Source: an uncultured Thermococci archaeon (GTDB lineage: Archaea > Methanobacteriota_B > Thermococci > Methanofastidiosales > B48-G16). From it: 64,000 bases of DNA. Shown piece after piece: positions 48,542 through 59,192 of the stretch. The stretch spans positions 192,001 to 256,000 of the forward strand of contig CAZQQT010000001.1 in NCBI GenBank assembly GCA_964595645.1, read 5' to 3'. Within the stretch, counting starts at the first letter, position 1; every line of letters begins with the position of its first letter. The notes under the pieces were generated by a model. That model searched no databases. It worked only from the letters and a program-made list of their open reading frames with translations, and was not told the origin of the DNA. The position numbers and the translations under genes were made by a program.

Positions 48542-50310
48542 TGGTTACCCGTCAGCCTATTATCTCTGTACTGGGTCATGTAGATCATGGAAAAACGACA
48601 CTGTTAGATAACATTAGGGGTACGGCAGTTGCTGGAGGCGAGGCCGGTGGAATCACACAGCATATTGGTGCCACCGAAGTACCAATGGAATCAATAAAGG
48701 AGATATGTGGGGAACTTTTAGAAGATTCTGCACTGAAAATTCCTGGGATCTTATTCATTGATACACCAGGTCACGAAGCATTTACCACACTGCGGTCCAG
48801 AGGAGGAAGTCTTGCAGATCTCGCCGTGCTTGTGATCGATATAAACGAAGGAATACAGCCGCAGACCATGGAGTCCATTGATATTCTGAAGAATTTTAAA
48901 GTTCCATTTATTATCATTGCGAATAAAATAGATCTCGCTGGGAGATTCAGGGTGAAGAAGGAGAAAAAACGATACACGTTTTCTGAGGCGTATGAGGATC
49001 AGAATGAACAGATGAAGGAGATACTGGATAATAAGATCTGGAAACTGGTAGGAGATCTGTACGAACATGAATTTGAGGCGGATCGATTTGACAGAGTAAA
49101 GAATTTTAGAAAGAAGATAGCAATCGTTCCCTGTTCGGCCAAGTATGGGATAGGTGTTTCAGAGGTCATGATGCTCATAGCCGGTCTTTCTCAGCGCTTT
49201 TTAGAGAAAAAATTAAATATTGATGTAGAAGATCCTGCCAAAGGGAATGTTCTTGAGGTAAAGGAGGAAGTAGGGCTCGGCACTACTATCGATGTGATCG
49301 TATACGATGGAACACTGAATGCCAGCGATACCATTGTGCTCGGAGGAAAAAATGATGTAATTATCACGAATATCCGAAGCCTCCTGAAACCGAAGCCCTT
49401 AGATGAAATACGAGATCCGAAGTTCCGGTTTGAACAGGTGCAGAGTGTCACGGCAGCGGCGGGTATAAAAATCTCAGCGCCGAACCTCGAAGAGGCACTC
49501 GCAGGATCACCACTATACGCAACGGATGGAGATGTAGAAACAGTTGCTGGGGAAGTGAGGAAGGAGATAGGGCGGATGAAGATCAGTACGGAACAGACGG
49601 GAATTATTCTGAAGGCGGACACTCTCGGCAGTCTTGAAGCACTGGTGAAAACGTTTAGATCCAAGGATTTTGCCATCAGAAAAGCGGATGTCGGCGATGT
49701 GAACAAGCTCGATGTAACGGAAGCCCTCTCAGTAAAGGAGAAGGATATGTATAAAGGAGTAATTGTCGCGTTCAATGTGGATGTTCTTGAAGGTGCGAGG
49801 GAGACGGCAGAAAATAAGAGAGTGACAATATTTGAGGACAATGTCATCTATAAAATAATTGAAGATTATGAGGAATGGGTAAAAAAGAAAAAGGAAGAAG
49901 AGAAACGCAAACGACTGGCAGGCGTTGTAAGACCCGGGAAGATCGAAATATTACGAGATTTTGTATTTCGTGTTTCTAAACCGGCAATTGTAGGTGTAAG
50001 GGTCTTTGCTGGAGAAATAAGACCCGATTTGGGCCTTATTAAAGAGAATGGAGAATTTGGTGGAAATATAAAATCAATAAAGACACAGGATGATTTCCTG
50101 AAATCCGCGAAAGAGGGTGAGGAAGTTGCTGTGGCCCTCACTGGCGTGACTGTGGGGCGGCAGATAAAAGAAGGGGAAGTTTTATATGTTGATGTACCCG
50201 AAAGCAGTGTGAGAAAAATGGATGAATTGGAACTCGATGTGTCTGAGAAGGACACACTGGAAGAATTTTTAAAGATTAAACGAAAAGAAAATAGTTTATG
50301 GGGCGTATAA
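48541..50310 (+). CDS. infB: Translation initiation factor aIF5B (IF-2)
   Basis: [25 protein letters not shown]; no intein. Confidence 0.97.
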   Translation: MVTRQPIISVLGHVDHGKTTLLDNIRGTAVAGGEAGGITQHIGATEVPMESIKEICGELLEDSALKIPGILFIDTPGHEAFTTLRSRGGSLADLAVLVIDINEGIQPQTMESIDILKNFKVPFIIIANKIDLAGRFRVKKEKKRYTFSEAYEDQNEQMKEILDNKIWKLVGDLYEHEFEADRFDRVKNFRKKIAIVPCSAKYGIGVSEVMMLIAGLSQRFLEKKLNIDVEDPAKGNVLEVKEEVGLGTTIDVIVYDGTLNASDTIVLGGKNDVIITNIRSLLKPKPLDEIRDPKFRFEQVQSVTAAAGIKISAPNLEEALAGSPLYATDGDVETVAGEVRKEIGRMKISTEQTGIILKADTLGSLEALVKTFRSKDFAIRKADVGDVNKLDVTEALSVKEKDMYKGVIVAFNVDVLEGARETAENKRVTIFEDNVIYKIIEDYEEWVKKKKEEEKRKRLAGVVRPGKIEILRDFVFRVSKPAIVGVRVFAGEIRPDLGLIKENGEFGGNIKSIKTQDDFLKSAKEGEEVAVALTGVTVGRQIKEGEVLYVDVPESSVRKMDELELDVSEKDTLEEFLKIKRKENSLWGV

Positions 50311-50311
50311 T

Positions 50312-51055
50312 ATGGAAGTGAAAGTAGTAGTATCATATCCTGACGGAAGAAGCGAACAAAAAGAGTTGCGAGACGAGAAAGCTAACTCATTACTCGGTAA
50401 AAAGATTGGAGATATCATTGAAGGAGGAATACTCGACGTACAGGGCGATCTTATGATCACAGGAGGAAGTGATAGAGACGGTTTCGCTATGAAAAAAGAT
50501 ATCGATGGACCAGTGAGAAGAAAGGTCCTTCTCTCTGGAGGCGTTGGATTTAATCCGACACGAGATGGAGAACGGCGAAAGAAACGAGTGCGTGGAAACA
50601 TGATCACCACCGAGACAATTCAAGTCAACACAAAGGTTATTGAACAGCCCACAGAGAAGAAGGAGAAGCCAAAAAAAGAAAAGCCAAAGAAAAAGAAACG
50701 TGAAAAAGAGAAACCAAAGAAAGAAAAGAAGAAGCCAGAAGAAGAGATAAAGGAAGAAGAAAAACCCGGGGAACCCGAAAAACCAGAGAAACCTGAACCT
50801 GAACTTGAGAAGGAAGAAGAAGCTGCAGAGCCAGAAAAAGAACCAGAACCAGAGGAAGAAAAAGTCGAAAAAGGACCAGCGACGCCTCTCACCGATGTGA
50901 AGGGTATAGGGAAGAAGAGAGCTGAAAAATTTGAGCAAGCCGGGATTAGAAGTGCAGAAGAGCTTTTATCAATGGAAACAAGTGAACTGATAGAAAAAAC
51001 AGGCCTCTCGGAGAAAATGATAGAGAAGTTCAAAAAGAGAATAGAGGAGAAGTGA
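50312..51055 (+). CDS. rps6e: 30S ribosomal protein S6e with K/E/P-rich linker and C-terminal HhH domain
   Basis: [26 protein letters not shown]; tail [15 protein letters not shown]. Confidence 0.92.
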   Translation: MEVKVVVSYPDGRSEQKELRDEKANSLLGKKIGDIIEGGILDVQGDLMITGGSDRDGFAMKKDIDGPVRRKVLLSGGVGFNPTRDGERRKKRVRGNMITTETIQVNTKVIEQPTEKKEKPKKEKPKKKKREKEKPKKEKKKPEEEIKEEEKPGEPEKPEKPEPELEKEEEAAEPEKEPEPEEEKVEKGPATPLTDVKGIGKKRAEKFEQAGIRSAEELLSMETSELIEKTGLSEKMIEKFKKRIEEK

Positions 51056-51062
51056 TCCATCG

Positions 51063-52280
51063 ATGGAACCAAAACAGGCAGAGATAAACATTGGAATGAT
51101 AGGGCATGTAGATCATGGAAAAACGACATTGACAAAGGCACTTTCTGGCGTATGGACGGATAAACACTCGGAAGAGCTAAGAAGGGGTATCACCATACGA
51201 TTGGGATATGCGGATACAATCTTCAGGAAATGTACTGCGCGTGATAAGTACACCGTAGAGAAAACATGTCCAGAGTGTGGAGATGAGACAGAAGTATTAC
51301 GAAAAGTCTCCTTTGTAGATGCTCCCGGTCATGAGACCCTGATGGCGACAATGCTCACAGGAGCGGCATTGGTTGATGGCGCTGTCTTGGTCATCGCTGC
51401 CAACGAGCCGTGCCCACAACCGCAGACCAAGGAGCATCTGATGGGTCTTGATATCATTGGCGTAGAGAACATTGTTATCGCTCAGAACAAGATAGAACTT
51501 GTATCGAAGGAACGGGTCAAAGAAAGCTACGAAGAGATAAAACACTTTGTACAAGGAACGGTGGCAGAAAATGCACCCATCATTCCTATTTCTGCTCAGC
51601 ATTCCATCAACATCGATGTGCTCATCGAAGCGATAGAGACAAATATTCCCACACCGGACCGGGATGAAACGCTGGACCCCAGAATGTTCATCGCACGATC
51701 CTTCGATGTGAACAAACCTGGCACCACGCCCGAGAAGCTTGTGGGCGGAATTATTGGTGGCAGTTTGAAACAAGGTATCATGCGGATAGGAGATGAGATG
51801 GAGATACGACCCGGTAGATCGGTAAAAGAGCGCAATAAGGTAGTGTACAAAGATCTGCATTCCGAGATCGTTTCTCTGGATACTATGGGTGTGCAACTGG
51901 ACGAGGCATGGCCTGGAGGTCTCATCGGTATCGGTACAAAACTCGATCCCTCGCTCACGAAGGCGGACGCTTTGGCCGGCAGCGTCGCAGGGAAACCGGG
52001 AACACTCCCTCCTTTGTTGCATGAATTCGATCTCAAGGCGCATCTGCTGGAGCGGGTTGTTGGCTCGGAAAAGGAGCTGGATGTTACACCTATCAAACGG
52101 AAAGAAATGCTCATGCTCAATGTCGGAACGGGGAAGACAGTGGGGTTTGTGAAGAGTCCTGGAGAACACTGCAACCTTGATCTACGGCTCCCCATCTGTG
52201 CAACAAAAGGGGACAGAGTAGCAATAAGCCGGAGAATTGGGACACGATGGCGACTGATCGGGTACGGAATCATCGAGTAA
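51063..52280 (+). CDS. eif2g: Translation initiation factor aIF2 gamma
   Basis: [36 protein letters not shown]. Confidence 0.97.
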   Translation: MEPKQAEINIGMIGHVDHGKTTLTKALSGVWTDKHSEELRRGITIRLGYADTIFRKCTARDKYTVEKTCPECGDETEVLRKVSFVDAPGHETLMATMLTGAALVDGAVLVIAANEPCPQPQTKEHLMGLDIIGVENIVIAQNKIELVSKERVKESYEEIKHFVQGTVAENAPIIPISAQHSINIDVLIEAIETNIPTPDRDETLDPRMFIARSFDVNKPGTTPEKLVGGIIGGSLKQGIMRIGDEMEIRPGRSVKERNKVVYKDLHSEIVSLDTMGVQLDEAWPGGLIGIGTKLDPSLTKADALAGSVAGKPGTLPPLLHEFDLKAHLLERVVGSEKELDVTPIKRKEMLMLNVGTGKTVGFVKSPGEHCNLDLRLPICATKGDRVAISRRIGTRWRLIGYGIIE

Positions 52281-52651
52281 CTGTAATTTTTGACACAAAT
52301 TTTATTCTGAGTTGTGTAAAGTTTGGAATTGACTTTAGTCAAGTGCATACACTTATTGAAAAATCCCATGAAATAGTAATCCCCTCTAATGTACTTCATG
52401 AGTTGAATACCCTCGATCTGAAGGGACAAGATGCGACAGCGAGAAGAATTGCACTGGATCTTATCGATGAGTATCCTGTTCTCACGCTGGAAGGAAAGGT
52501 TGATACCTCCATTCTCACCTTTGCCGAAAATCATGAGTGCGTCGTCTGCACAAATGACAGAAAGCTGCGTCGATCACTGCGAAAAAAAGGCATACCAACT
52601 GTATTCATACGGAAAAGGAAATATCTGGAAATGGACGGTGTTATTTTTTAG
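52247..52651 (+). CDS. PIN-domain RNase (Fcf1/Utp24-like)
   Basis: FDTNF, V.HEL, VD, TNDRKLR; conserved position after eif2g. Confidence 0.88.
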   Translation: MATDRVRNHRVTVIFDTNFILSCVKFGIDFSQVHTLIEKSHEIVIPSNVLHELNTLDLKGQDATARRIALDLIDEYPVLTLEGKVDTSILTFAENHECVVCTNDRKLRRSLRKKGIPTVFIRKRKYLEMDGVIF

Positions 52652-53628
52652 TAAACAAGGTTGTACACTCTCCCTACCTCTTCTCCATCATCGGTGATCT
52701 TCAACCGCCCAAACTCGAGAAAGTCAAACTCTTCTTTCACGTTGGTGAAGAGGTATATCTCTTTCCTCTCAAAATCGATACTGATTACTCTTCCTATGCC
52801 GATGCATATTTCATCTTTGATGAATCCAGCGATAAGACCCCTTTCAAATCCCTTTTTTAAAATCGTCATGTTTTTTTGCTTTCCGTACCGTTCAGCAACG
52901 ACAAAGAACCCTTCGGGGATCTTCTCACACCAGTGTATCTCCGTCCCTACGTCGTCCTTCACTTTTTCTGGATCGCAGGCTTCTCCAGAGAAAAGAAAGG
53001 TGTTTCGTAGCGTGATATCCTCAACAGTATATATCGTGACCTGGGCGTCCTGCAGATATTTCTTCCACAGGTTCTTCCGAATTGTTCTCCTCTGTTCTCT
53101 GGAGGTATACGTCTTGTTGTTCACTGGTTTTCGGACGATGTCGTAGGTGGGATAGTCTCTGAGGATTCCTTCCAGTTCTTTACCCCGTTGAAATGCAACG
53201 ATCATATCGGGGGACAGACTCGTGATTTTCGCTCTCTTGAGGCTTCTCCCATTCCAGAATACTAATCCTGTAGTATCTATCAGTACATACGGCGAGTCTG
53301 CACGGGAAGTGAGCTCCAGTAACCCTGCAACCATCTTTGTATGATCGTAGGGATATACATCCCCAATAAAGTAGTAATATTCCTCTCCACTGTTATTTTG
53401 GAGCCCTAAGCATCCCGGAGGACCTATACTAGATTGTCCCACGTCACAGTCAATTATAGAAACGTTTTTCCCACTAGCTCGTATTTTTTTCGAAGCATAA
53501 TGTAAAAAACTCGTTTTTCCTGTGTCAATATACCCAAGAATAACTGCTGTACACATATCTTTTTCGAGTATTCGCTCAACTATTTCTTTCCATTCTTCCC
53601 GTTCTTCTTTACTCGCCTTACTATCCAT
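52648..53628 (-). CDS. Clp1/Nol9-family polynucleotide 5'-kinase
   Basis: GYIDTGKTS, DCDVGQSSIGPPG, IDTTG, R..R lid. Confidence 0.88.
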   Translation of the reverse strand: MDSKASKEEREEWKEIVERILEKDMCTAVILGYIDTGKTSFLHYASKKIRASGKNVSIIDCDVGQSSIGPPGCLGLQNNSGEEYYYFIGDVYPYDHTKMVAGLLELTSRADSPYVLIDTTGLVFWNGRSLKRAKITSLSPDMIVAFQRGKELEGILRDYPTYDIVRKPVNNKTYTSREQRRTIRKNLWKKYLQDAQVTIYTVEDITLRNTFLFSGEACDPEKVKDDVGTEIHWCEKIPEGFFVVAERYGKQKNMTILKKGFERGLIAGFIKDEICIGIGRVISIDFERKEIYLFTNVKEEFDFLEFGRLKITDDGEEVGRVYNLVY

Positions 53629-54785
53629 ACGATCAACCCTACTGCAACTATACTAACAAATCCGTAGAGGAATATATTTCTTTTGGATATCCATGGGAGG
53701 GTGTCTTCTCCCACCACAAGTGAGAGAATGTACCAATGTGAATATCCACGATGGTTTTGTATGTACGCAAGTGTGTTTTCTCGGTTGGTGGCGATCCCTA
53801 CGTCCTCTGCCAAGGTTTCTGCCAGTAACAGTGAGTACTCCCCGAGCATCGTTTTATTCGGAGTAGCATAGTACATTTTCACGTTTGTCTGTCCCCGTAC
53901 CTGGGTGAAATCGCATCTGCTTTGGATCTCACCTACGAAACTTTCCTTCTCGAGTGGAATATTCTGTTCGGTGATGTAGATATCGTAGACGCCTGTGGAT
54001 GTCTGCATCTCCTCCATCCACTGGACAGCCTTCATTATCGAGTTTTTGTATTTTTGTGCTTCTGTAATTTGGTAGCACATCCACTCACCGAGTAGTGCCA
54101 TGGTGACGTAGTGGCAGGAGATATTCCAGCGGGTGGGTATCTTCAGTGCGTAGCCGTCGTACCATGCTCCGTTCTCGAGCTGCATTCTATACAATGTATC
54201 TCCCAGTAACAGAGTATATTCACGGTACTTTCCTTCCTCCCCAATGTAATGGACGATACTTCCCAGCCCTACACAGATCATTCCCCAGTCGTTTGGGCAG
54301 GAGTAACAGTAGTTTTCCAGGGAGTTTTTCATTTCCCCCTTGTGCCGTGCATCACTGTTTCTTCTGTCAGGACATTCTACGGGATACACTTTTTTCCATT
54401 TTTTTACCTCTTCAATTAAGAAATCTCCTCCTTTTAGTGCAGCATTTTTGTACAATTCATTTTCAGTAATTTCATATCCAAGAGAAAGGGCCCAGGTACC
54501 CACACCTGTATACAACTTCGGATTCACATTCGGTTCATTTGTGATCTCCCCACTTTCTTTTTGCCGCTGTATGATCAAATCCAGACATTTTCTACTCTTT
54601 TCGAGGATTTCAGCATCATTATTTTCCTGATAGAGATGTAGGAAGAAGAGTCCTTCGTAACAAAGCGTGATTGTATCGTCCTGTGTGAGATCGCGGTTGT
54701 GGAGGTACTGTTCGTACACATGTTCCGCGTCCTGAAGAGATAATGGGGCTCCCAGTACGAGAACTATCAACAACCACTCCTTCAT
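53580..54785 (-). CDS. Secreted, C-terminally anchored alpha/alpha-barrel-like protein
   Basis: Signal peptide; QKESG, QLENGAW, QTSTG repeats; C-terminal TM + basic tail. Confidence 0.65.
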   Translation of the reverse strand: MKEWLLIVLVLGAPLSLQDAEHVYEQYLHNRDLTQDDTITLCYEGLFFLHLYQENNDAEILEKSRKCLDLIIQRQKESGEITNEPNVNPKLYTGVGTWALSLGYEITENELYKNAALKGGDFLIEEVKKWKKVYPVECPDRRNSDARHKGEMKNSLENYCYSCPNDWGMICVGLGSIVHYIGEEGKYREYTLLLGDTLYRMQLENGAWYDGYALKIPTRWNISCHYVTMALLGEWMCYQITEAQKYKNSIMKAVQWMEEMQTSTGVYDIYITEQNIPLEKESFVGEIQSRCDFTQVRGQTNVKMYYATPNKTMLGEYSLLLAETLAEDVGIATNRENTLAYIQNHRGYSHWYILSLVVGEDTLPWISKRNIFLYGFVSIVAVGLIVWIVRRVKKNGKNGKK

Positions 54786-54789
54786 ATCT

Positions 54790-55515
54790 TCACTCTATGC
54801 TCTTATGTTTAAATATTATCGTGGAGAGGGACAGCATCACGATACAGGTGCCGATGAGAGCAGTTAGTGCGTAGGCAATGCTCGAGGGATTGGCCATCAT
54901 CTGTATTTCTCCATAATCTACCGTATGGTATGTGATAGATTGCAGATAGTGGGTCACAGTAATTTTGGAGATCCGTTCGGAGAGAGCCGGCGCCAGCATT
55001 TCCCATATAAACGCAAAGAAAAGCCCGAACATTAAGGGCCGGGAAATCACGATGCTCACGAGGAAGTACACCGCACCGTACGTTGCGATGGCCATGAGCA
55101 GTATGAGGATATACGAAAAAAAGATGCGAAAGGGTATCGGTTCTGGAGCGTAAAGTCTTAATGCTGCGAACATACTTATGAGCGGCACCAAAAACACCAT
55201 GAACGTCGATACAAGGTAGCCCAAGTACTTTTCCGCCACGATCCTCGTCCTCTGGATACGTGTGATCAAAAATACAATTTTTCCAGACTGTATATCATCG
55301 TTGACGAGAGAGGTCGCGAATATCAGCGTTACAAAGAGCACAAAAAGTTGGAGATACAACCTATACGTAATATCTGAGAATACTTCAGTTCCATTTTCTC
55401 CTCTGTATATAGAGTATATACCAAGAACAAGTGGTAAAAAGAGGAAAAACTCAAGAATATACGCTTTTCTGCTTTTATATATTTGTTTCAAAGTCAAAAG
55501 ACTCGCATCAAGCAT
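54790..55515 (-). CDS. ABC-2 type permease
   Basis: About 6 TM; DDIQSGKIVFLITRI..KYLG. Confidence 0.85.
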   Translation of the reverse strand: MLDASLLTLKQIYKSRKAYILEFFLFLPLVLGIYSIYRGENGTEVFSDITYRLYLQLFVLFVTLIFATSLVNDDIQSGKIVFLITRIQRTRIVAEKYLGYLVSTFMVFLVPLISMFAALRLYAPEPIPFRIFFSYILILLMAIATYGAVYFLVSIVISRPLMFGLFFAFIWEMLAPALSERISKITVTHYLQSITYHTVDYGEIQMMANPSSIAYALTALIGTCIVMLSLSTIIFKHKSIE

Positions 55516-55519
55516 TTTT

Positions 55520-56422
55520 TCACCTCACCAGATATCTAAAGACGGACTCTAGGTTATCATCGGGGGAGCTGAGATGTGTGATCTCTATATCATTCGCTAT
55601 GAGAATTTTTGGGAACTCTGTGTAGAATGTGTCCGGGTCCGAGGTTTTTGAGAGCACACCTCTCTTGATAATCTCTGCAGATTCAACGAAGTCATATCCT
55701 ATCAGTATTTTTGCTAGTTTTCGCTTATCCTTTGTTAGAAGCTTTACAGAGTGCGGAAATTTATCCATTGCCTCACGGATTTCGTGGATCTTTCCCTCTG
55801 CTAGAACTCTCCCCTTGTGTATGAGAAGCACTTTCTCGGCCATTCGTTCAACTTCATGAAGCACATGGGAGGAGATAATAATATTTTTGCCTTTTTCTGC
55901 CAAACGGGTTACTATTTCCATTATTTTTACTCTCGTTATCGGATCAGCTCCTGTTAAAGGTTCATCCAAAAATAAAAGCTCCGGGTCATGCAACAGTGTT
56001 TGCGCAACTTTTAGTTTCTGCCGCATACCTTTACTGTATCCTGCTATTACTCTGTTTCTTGCCCCCCAGAGATCTACTTCTTTTAGAGCTTCATTTACTC
56101 TTTCAACTTTTTTTATGTCGTTTAATCTAGCCATCGTTCTTAAAAACTCATATCCAGTCATAAATGGGTAGAATAAATCCTTTTCTGGACAATATCCTAT
56201 TTTTTTCTTTAGTTCTGGATTGTCCCACGCATTCATTCCCAAAATCGAAATTTTCCCCTTACTTTCTTTTGTTAAGCCTACAGCTATCCTGAGGAATGTG
56301 GATTTTCCTGCGCCGTTAGGACCAAGAAGTCCTGTGATGCCATTTTCTACAGTAATTGTTATATCGTTTAGTGCGAGGACAGTTCCGTACCATTTACTGA
56401 GGTGTTCTGTTTCTATGATCAT
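55520..56422 (-). CDS. ABC transporter ATPase
   Basis: GPNGAGKST, YSKGMRQ, LDEP; start MIIETE overlaps upstream stop. Confidence 0.92.
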   Translation of the reverse strand: MIIETEHLSKWYGTVLALNDITITVENGITGLLGPNGAGKSTFLRIAVGLTKESKGKISILGMNAWDNPELKKKIGYCPEKDLFYPFMTGYEFLRTMARLNDIKKVERVNEALKEVDLWGARNRVIAGYSKGMRQKLKVAQTLLHDPELLFLDEPLTGADPITRVKIMEIVTRLAEKGKNIIISSHVLHEVERMAEKVLLIHKGRVLAEGKIHEIREAMDKFPHSVKLLTKDKRKLAKILIGYDFVESAEIIKRGVLSKTSDPDTFYTEFPKILIANDIEITHLSSPDDNLESVFRYLVR

Positions 56423-57270
56423 TCGCTCAACTCCATTTTTCTCAGTTTTAGATAGGTAAAACCTCCTAAGAGAATTGTTAGCCCTACAATTATCCCAAAG
56501 GAATAGTACCACGGTATTATCTCTCCCTCCATTGCTCCTATTTCTTGGGGTTGGAGTCTGAAAATGATCCCTATTATATGTTGTGCATCCTTGAGAAGGG
56601 AAATTAAAACTGCCCATTTAATCTCACTCGAGACATATAGAATTGCTGCTACTGCATCACTTCCAAGGATGAGGCCAAAAAATGAAGCACCTGCATACTT
56701 ATTGTTTCCAGTAAGGGAGGATAAAAAGAGGATAAGGATACTGAAAAATGCAGTGAGTACGAAGGAACTGAGTATGCAGGAACCCCAAACCCATAGCGTG
56801 CTCTGTATCTCGCTATCCAGCGTAAGTGTCAGGGACCAGTACATAACGGTGGAGGGGACAACAGTTATCAGCGATAGAAGTGCAACTATGATTCCCAGCT
56901 TGCCCAAAATGTAATCTATCTTCTTCAGTGGACTCGAGTAGTAAAGTGTTATACTCTTGTTTTTTATGTCCTCCGATATTAACGAGGAGCCTGCAACAGC
57001 TGTAAATAAAATAATCAATAGGAGCTGAAATGAAAAATAATTTGTATAAAAGGATCCTGGATTTTGAAATCCCTCTTGTATTGTACCAGACATGGCGACT
57101 GAGAGTACAATAAAAAATATAGCAGGTATCCATCCCAGTATCAGACAAACTTTCACCCAGTTGTTGCTCCAGGCTCTTTTTACTCCAAAGAGTATCATAC
57201 CCCAAACTTTATATGGCCTCTTTCTGTACGTTCCTTTCCATTTCTTGTACTCTTGTGTATATATGGCCAT
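56419..57270 (-). CDS. ABC-2 type permease
   Basis: ISEDIKNKSITLYYSSPL..DYILGK. Confidence 0.85.
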   Translation of the reverse strand: MAIYTQEYKKWKGTYRKRPYKVWGMILFGVKRAWSNNWVKVCLILGWIPAIFFIVLSVAMSGTIQEGFQNPGSFYTNYFSFQLLLIILFTAVAGSSLISEDIKNKSITLYYSSPLKKIDYILGKLGIIVALLSLITVVPSTVMYWSLTLTLDSEIQSTLWVWGSCILSSFVLTAFFSILILFLSSLTGNNKYAGASFFGLILGSDAVAAILYVSSEIKWAVLISLLKDAQHIIGIIFRLQPQEIGAMEGEIIPWYYSFGIIVGLTILLGGFTYLKLRKMELSE

Positions 57271-58179
57271 TCAATCACCCAAAAGACTTACAAAGAGTTC
57301 TTCTAGCGAGTTTCTGGCATTTGATATATACCTAATTTGAATATTGTATTTAGCTGCATTTTTGAATATATCTGAGTAAATAGTGTCGGGATATCTCTCT
57401 ATTTTCACTGTATTTCCAAGGATTTCATAATCGCAGTCTAAATCATTCAGTAGCATTTCAGGATTTTTTTTAACCCTCACTTCAACTCTCCCTTCGTCTT
57501 CTAGAAGTCCAGTAATATCTCCTTCAACTACAAGCTTTCCCTTATTCATAAGAACAACATTTTCACATACTTTTTCTACGTCAGGAAGTATATGGGATGA
57601 AAGTAAGATGTCTTTGCCCTTGGAAGATATATCCTTTATAATAGTGAGCATTTCGTCTCTACCGAGGGGATCCATCCCATTTGTCGGTTCATCCAGAAAT
57701 AGAACTTGGGGATCATGAACGAGAGCTTGTGCGAGCTTTATACGTTGTTTCATCCCTGAAGAGTATTCTCCTATATTCCTATATCGTTCTTCCTCGATTC
57801 CTGCATAGTAGAGAGTTTCATGGGCCCGTTGGAGTGCATCACTCCGAGGTAGACCGCGTATAATTCCCATCTGCGTTACAAAATCAACACCATCCATATT
57901 CTCAATGAGGCAGTCATGTTCGGGCATATATCCTATTTTTTCTCGTATTTTGATATCTTCCTTTTTTATGTCGTAGTTCAACACTTTGGCTTCTCCAGTT
58001 GATAGGCTTATTAGACCCAGGAGTACGCGGATAAGTGTGGACTTTCCTGCGCCGTTAGGACCAAGAAGTCCCGTAGTGCCCTCTTTCACTCGTATCGATA
58101 GATTTTCTACAGCAGGTATTTCATTATAGTATTTTGAAAGGCCTTCTGTTTCAATTATCACACTCAGCAACCCCATCAT
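57271..58179 (-). CDS. ABC transporter ATPase
   Basis: GPNGAGKST, YSSGMKQR, LDEPT. Confidence 0.92.
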   Translation of the reverse strand: MMGLLSVIIETEGLSKYYNEIPAVENLSIRVKEGTTGLLGPNGAGKSTLIRVLLGLISLSTGEAKVLNYDIKKEDIKIREKIGYMPEHDCLIENMDGVDFVTQMGIIRGLPRSDALQRAHETLYYAGIEEERYRNIGEYSSGMKQRIKLAQALVHDPQVLFLDEPTNGMDPLGRDEMLTIIKDISSKGKDILLSSHILPDVEKVCENVVLMNKGKLVVEGDITGLLEDEGRVEVRVKKNPEMLLNDLDCDYEILGNTVKIERYPDTIYSDIFKNAAKYNIQIRYISNARNSLEELFVSLLGD

Positions 58180-58278
58180 ATTTAACGTTTATACATATAT
58201 AAAAATTGATCGTCTCTTTATAAATGTTATGACTGATTTCACTGTCACTTATATAAAGTATCGCAAAAGAAGCATTGT

Positions 58279-58830
58279 ATGCTCCAGGATCTTCTTGTTC
58301 CTCTTGCAGTCGTTGGTGTAGCAGAATTAGGTGACAAAACACAGATCGCTGTTTTTATTCTCTCGACAAAGACGAAAGAGCATTTAAAGCTTTTGATAGG
58401 AATACTTTTCGCGTTTCTTCTCGTAGATGGGATCGCTGTTGTTGTGGGGGAGTACATTACTAAAATGGCCCCCATGAATATCGTGAAAATCGTTTCTGGA
58501 GTGATATTCATTTTTTTTGGAATTATTACATTGATAAGTGCGAGGAATGAAGAAACGATGTTTGAGTTTAGACGACCTTTTTACTCTGGTTTTATGGTGA
58601 TTTTCATCTCCGAGCTGGGCGACAAAACACAGATCGCGTCGGCGCTGTTCGCAGCGAAGTACAACCCTTTTCTTGTGCTTATGGGGGTGATGATAGCGTT
58701 GAGCCTTCTCTCGATCACGGCACTGTATCTGGGGAAGGTTATTGCAACAAAAGTGAACGAGAAATTACTCTCTACAATAGGAGGGGTTGTGTTTATAGTG
58801 ATGGGCGCGATAATTTTGATAGGATGGTAA
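58279..58830 (+). CDS. GDT1/TMEM165 (UPF0016) Mn2+/Ca2+ transporter
   Basis: Two ELGDKTQ motifs. Confidence 0.93.
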   Translation: MLQDLLVPLAVVGVAELGDKTQIAVFILSTKTKEHLKLLIGILFAFLLVDGIAVVVGEYITKMAPMNIVKIVSGVIFIFFGIITLISARNEETMFEFRRPFYSGFMVIFISELGDKTQIASALFAAKYNPFLVLMGVMIALSLLSITALYLGKVIATKVNEKLLSTIGGVVFIVMGAIILIGW

Positions 58831-58857
58831 AAAGAAAAAGAAGTATAAAAATTACTC

Positions 58858-59148
58858 TCACTTCTCTTTAAGCTCTATCTCAATGCCGCCAACCCAGTTA
58901 GCTGCAAGATTGTAAATGAACGCAGTGATCACACCACCGATAAATCCAAAGACGGCGTAGACGATAGGCACGATGATAATTGCGGCTACTCCTACAAATG
59001 CACTTAACACGTTAGGGACGCCCACAAACCCACCGCTCACTGTGGTAATTAACGCAGCGATGACACCGGCGATAAATCCCACTATTGCACCGATAATAGC
59101 GTAGATTTTAGCTAAAGAGAGTATATCTACCTTTTTTATTTCCTGCAT
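58858..59148 (-). CDS. Small membrane protein (DUF3566-like)
   Basis: IKKVDILSLAK..2 TM..IYNL.A..VGGIEIE. Confidence 0.75.
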   Translation of the reverse strand: MQEIKKVDILSLAKIYAIIGAIVGFIAGVIAALITTVSGGFVGVPNVLSAFVGVAAIIIVPIVYAVFGFIGGVITAFIYNLAANWVGGIEIELKEK

Positions 59149-59192
59149 TGTATCACTTTCGCTGTATAGAGACTATGGTTATTTAAATGTTG

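Noticed and set aside
50640-50880. Purine-rich quasi-repeats as a non-coding array
   Set aside because: Low-complexity coding linker of S6e; no fixed repeat-spacer period.
51297-52534. Long antisense ORFs (also 7824-8627, 32102-32941, 44821-45516, 49191-49847, 60105-60767)
   Set aside because: Shadows of well-conserved genes on the opposite strand, with no recognisable motifs.
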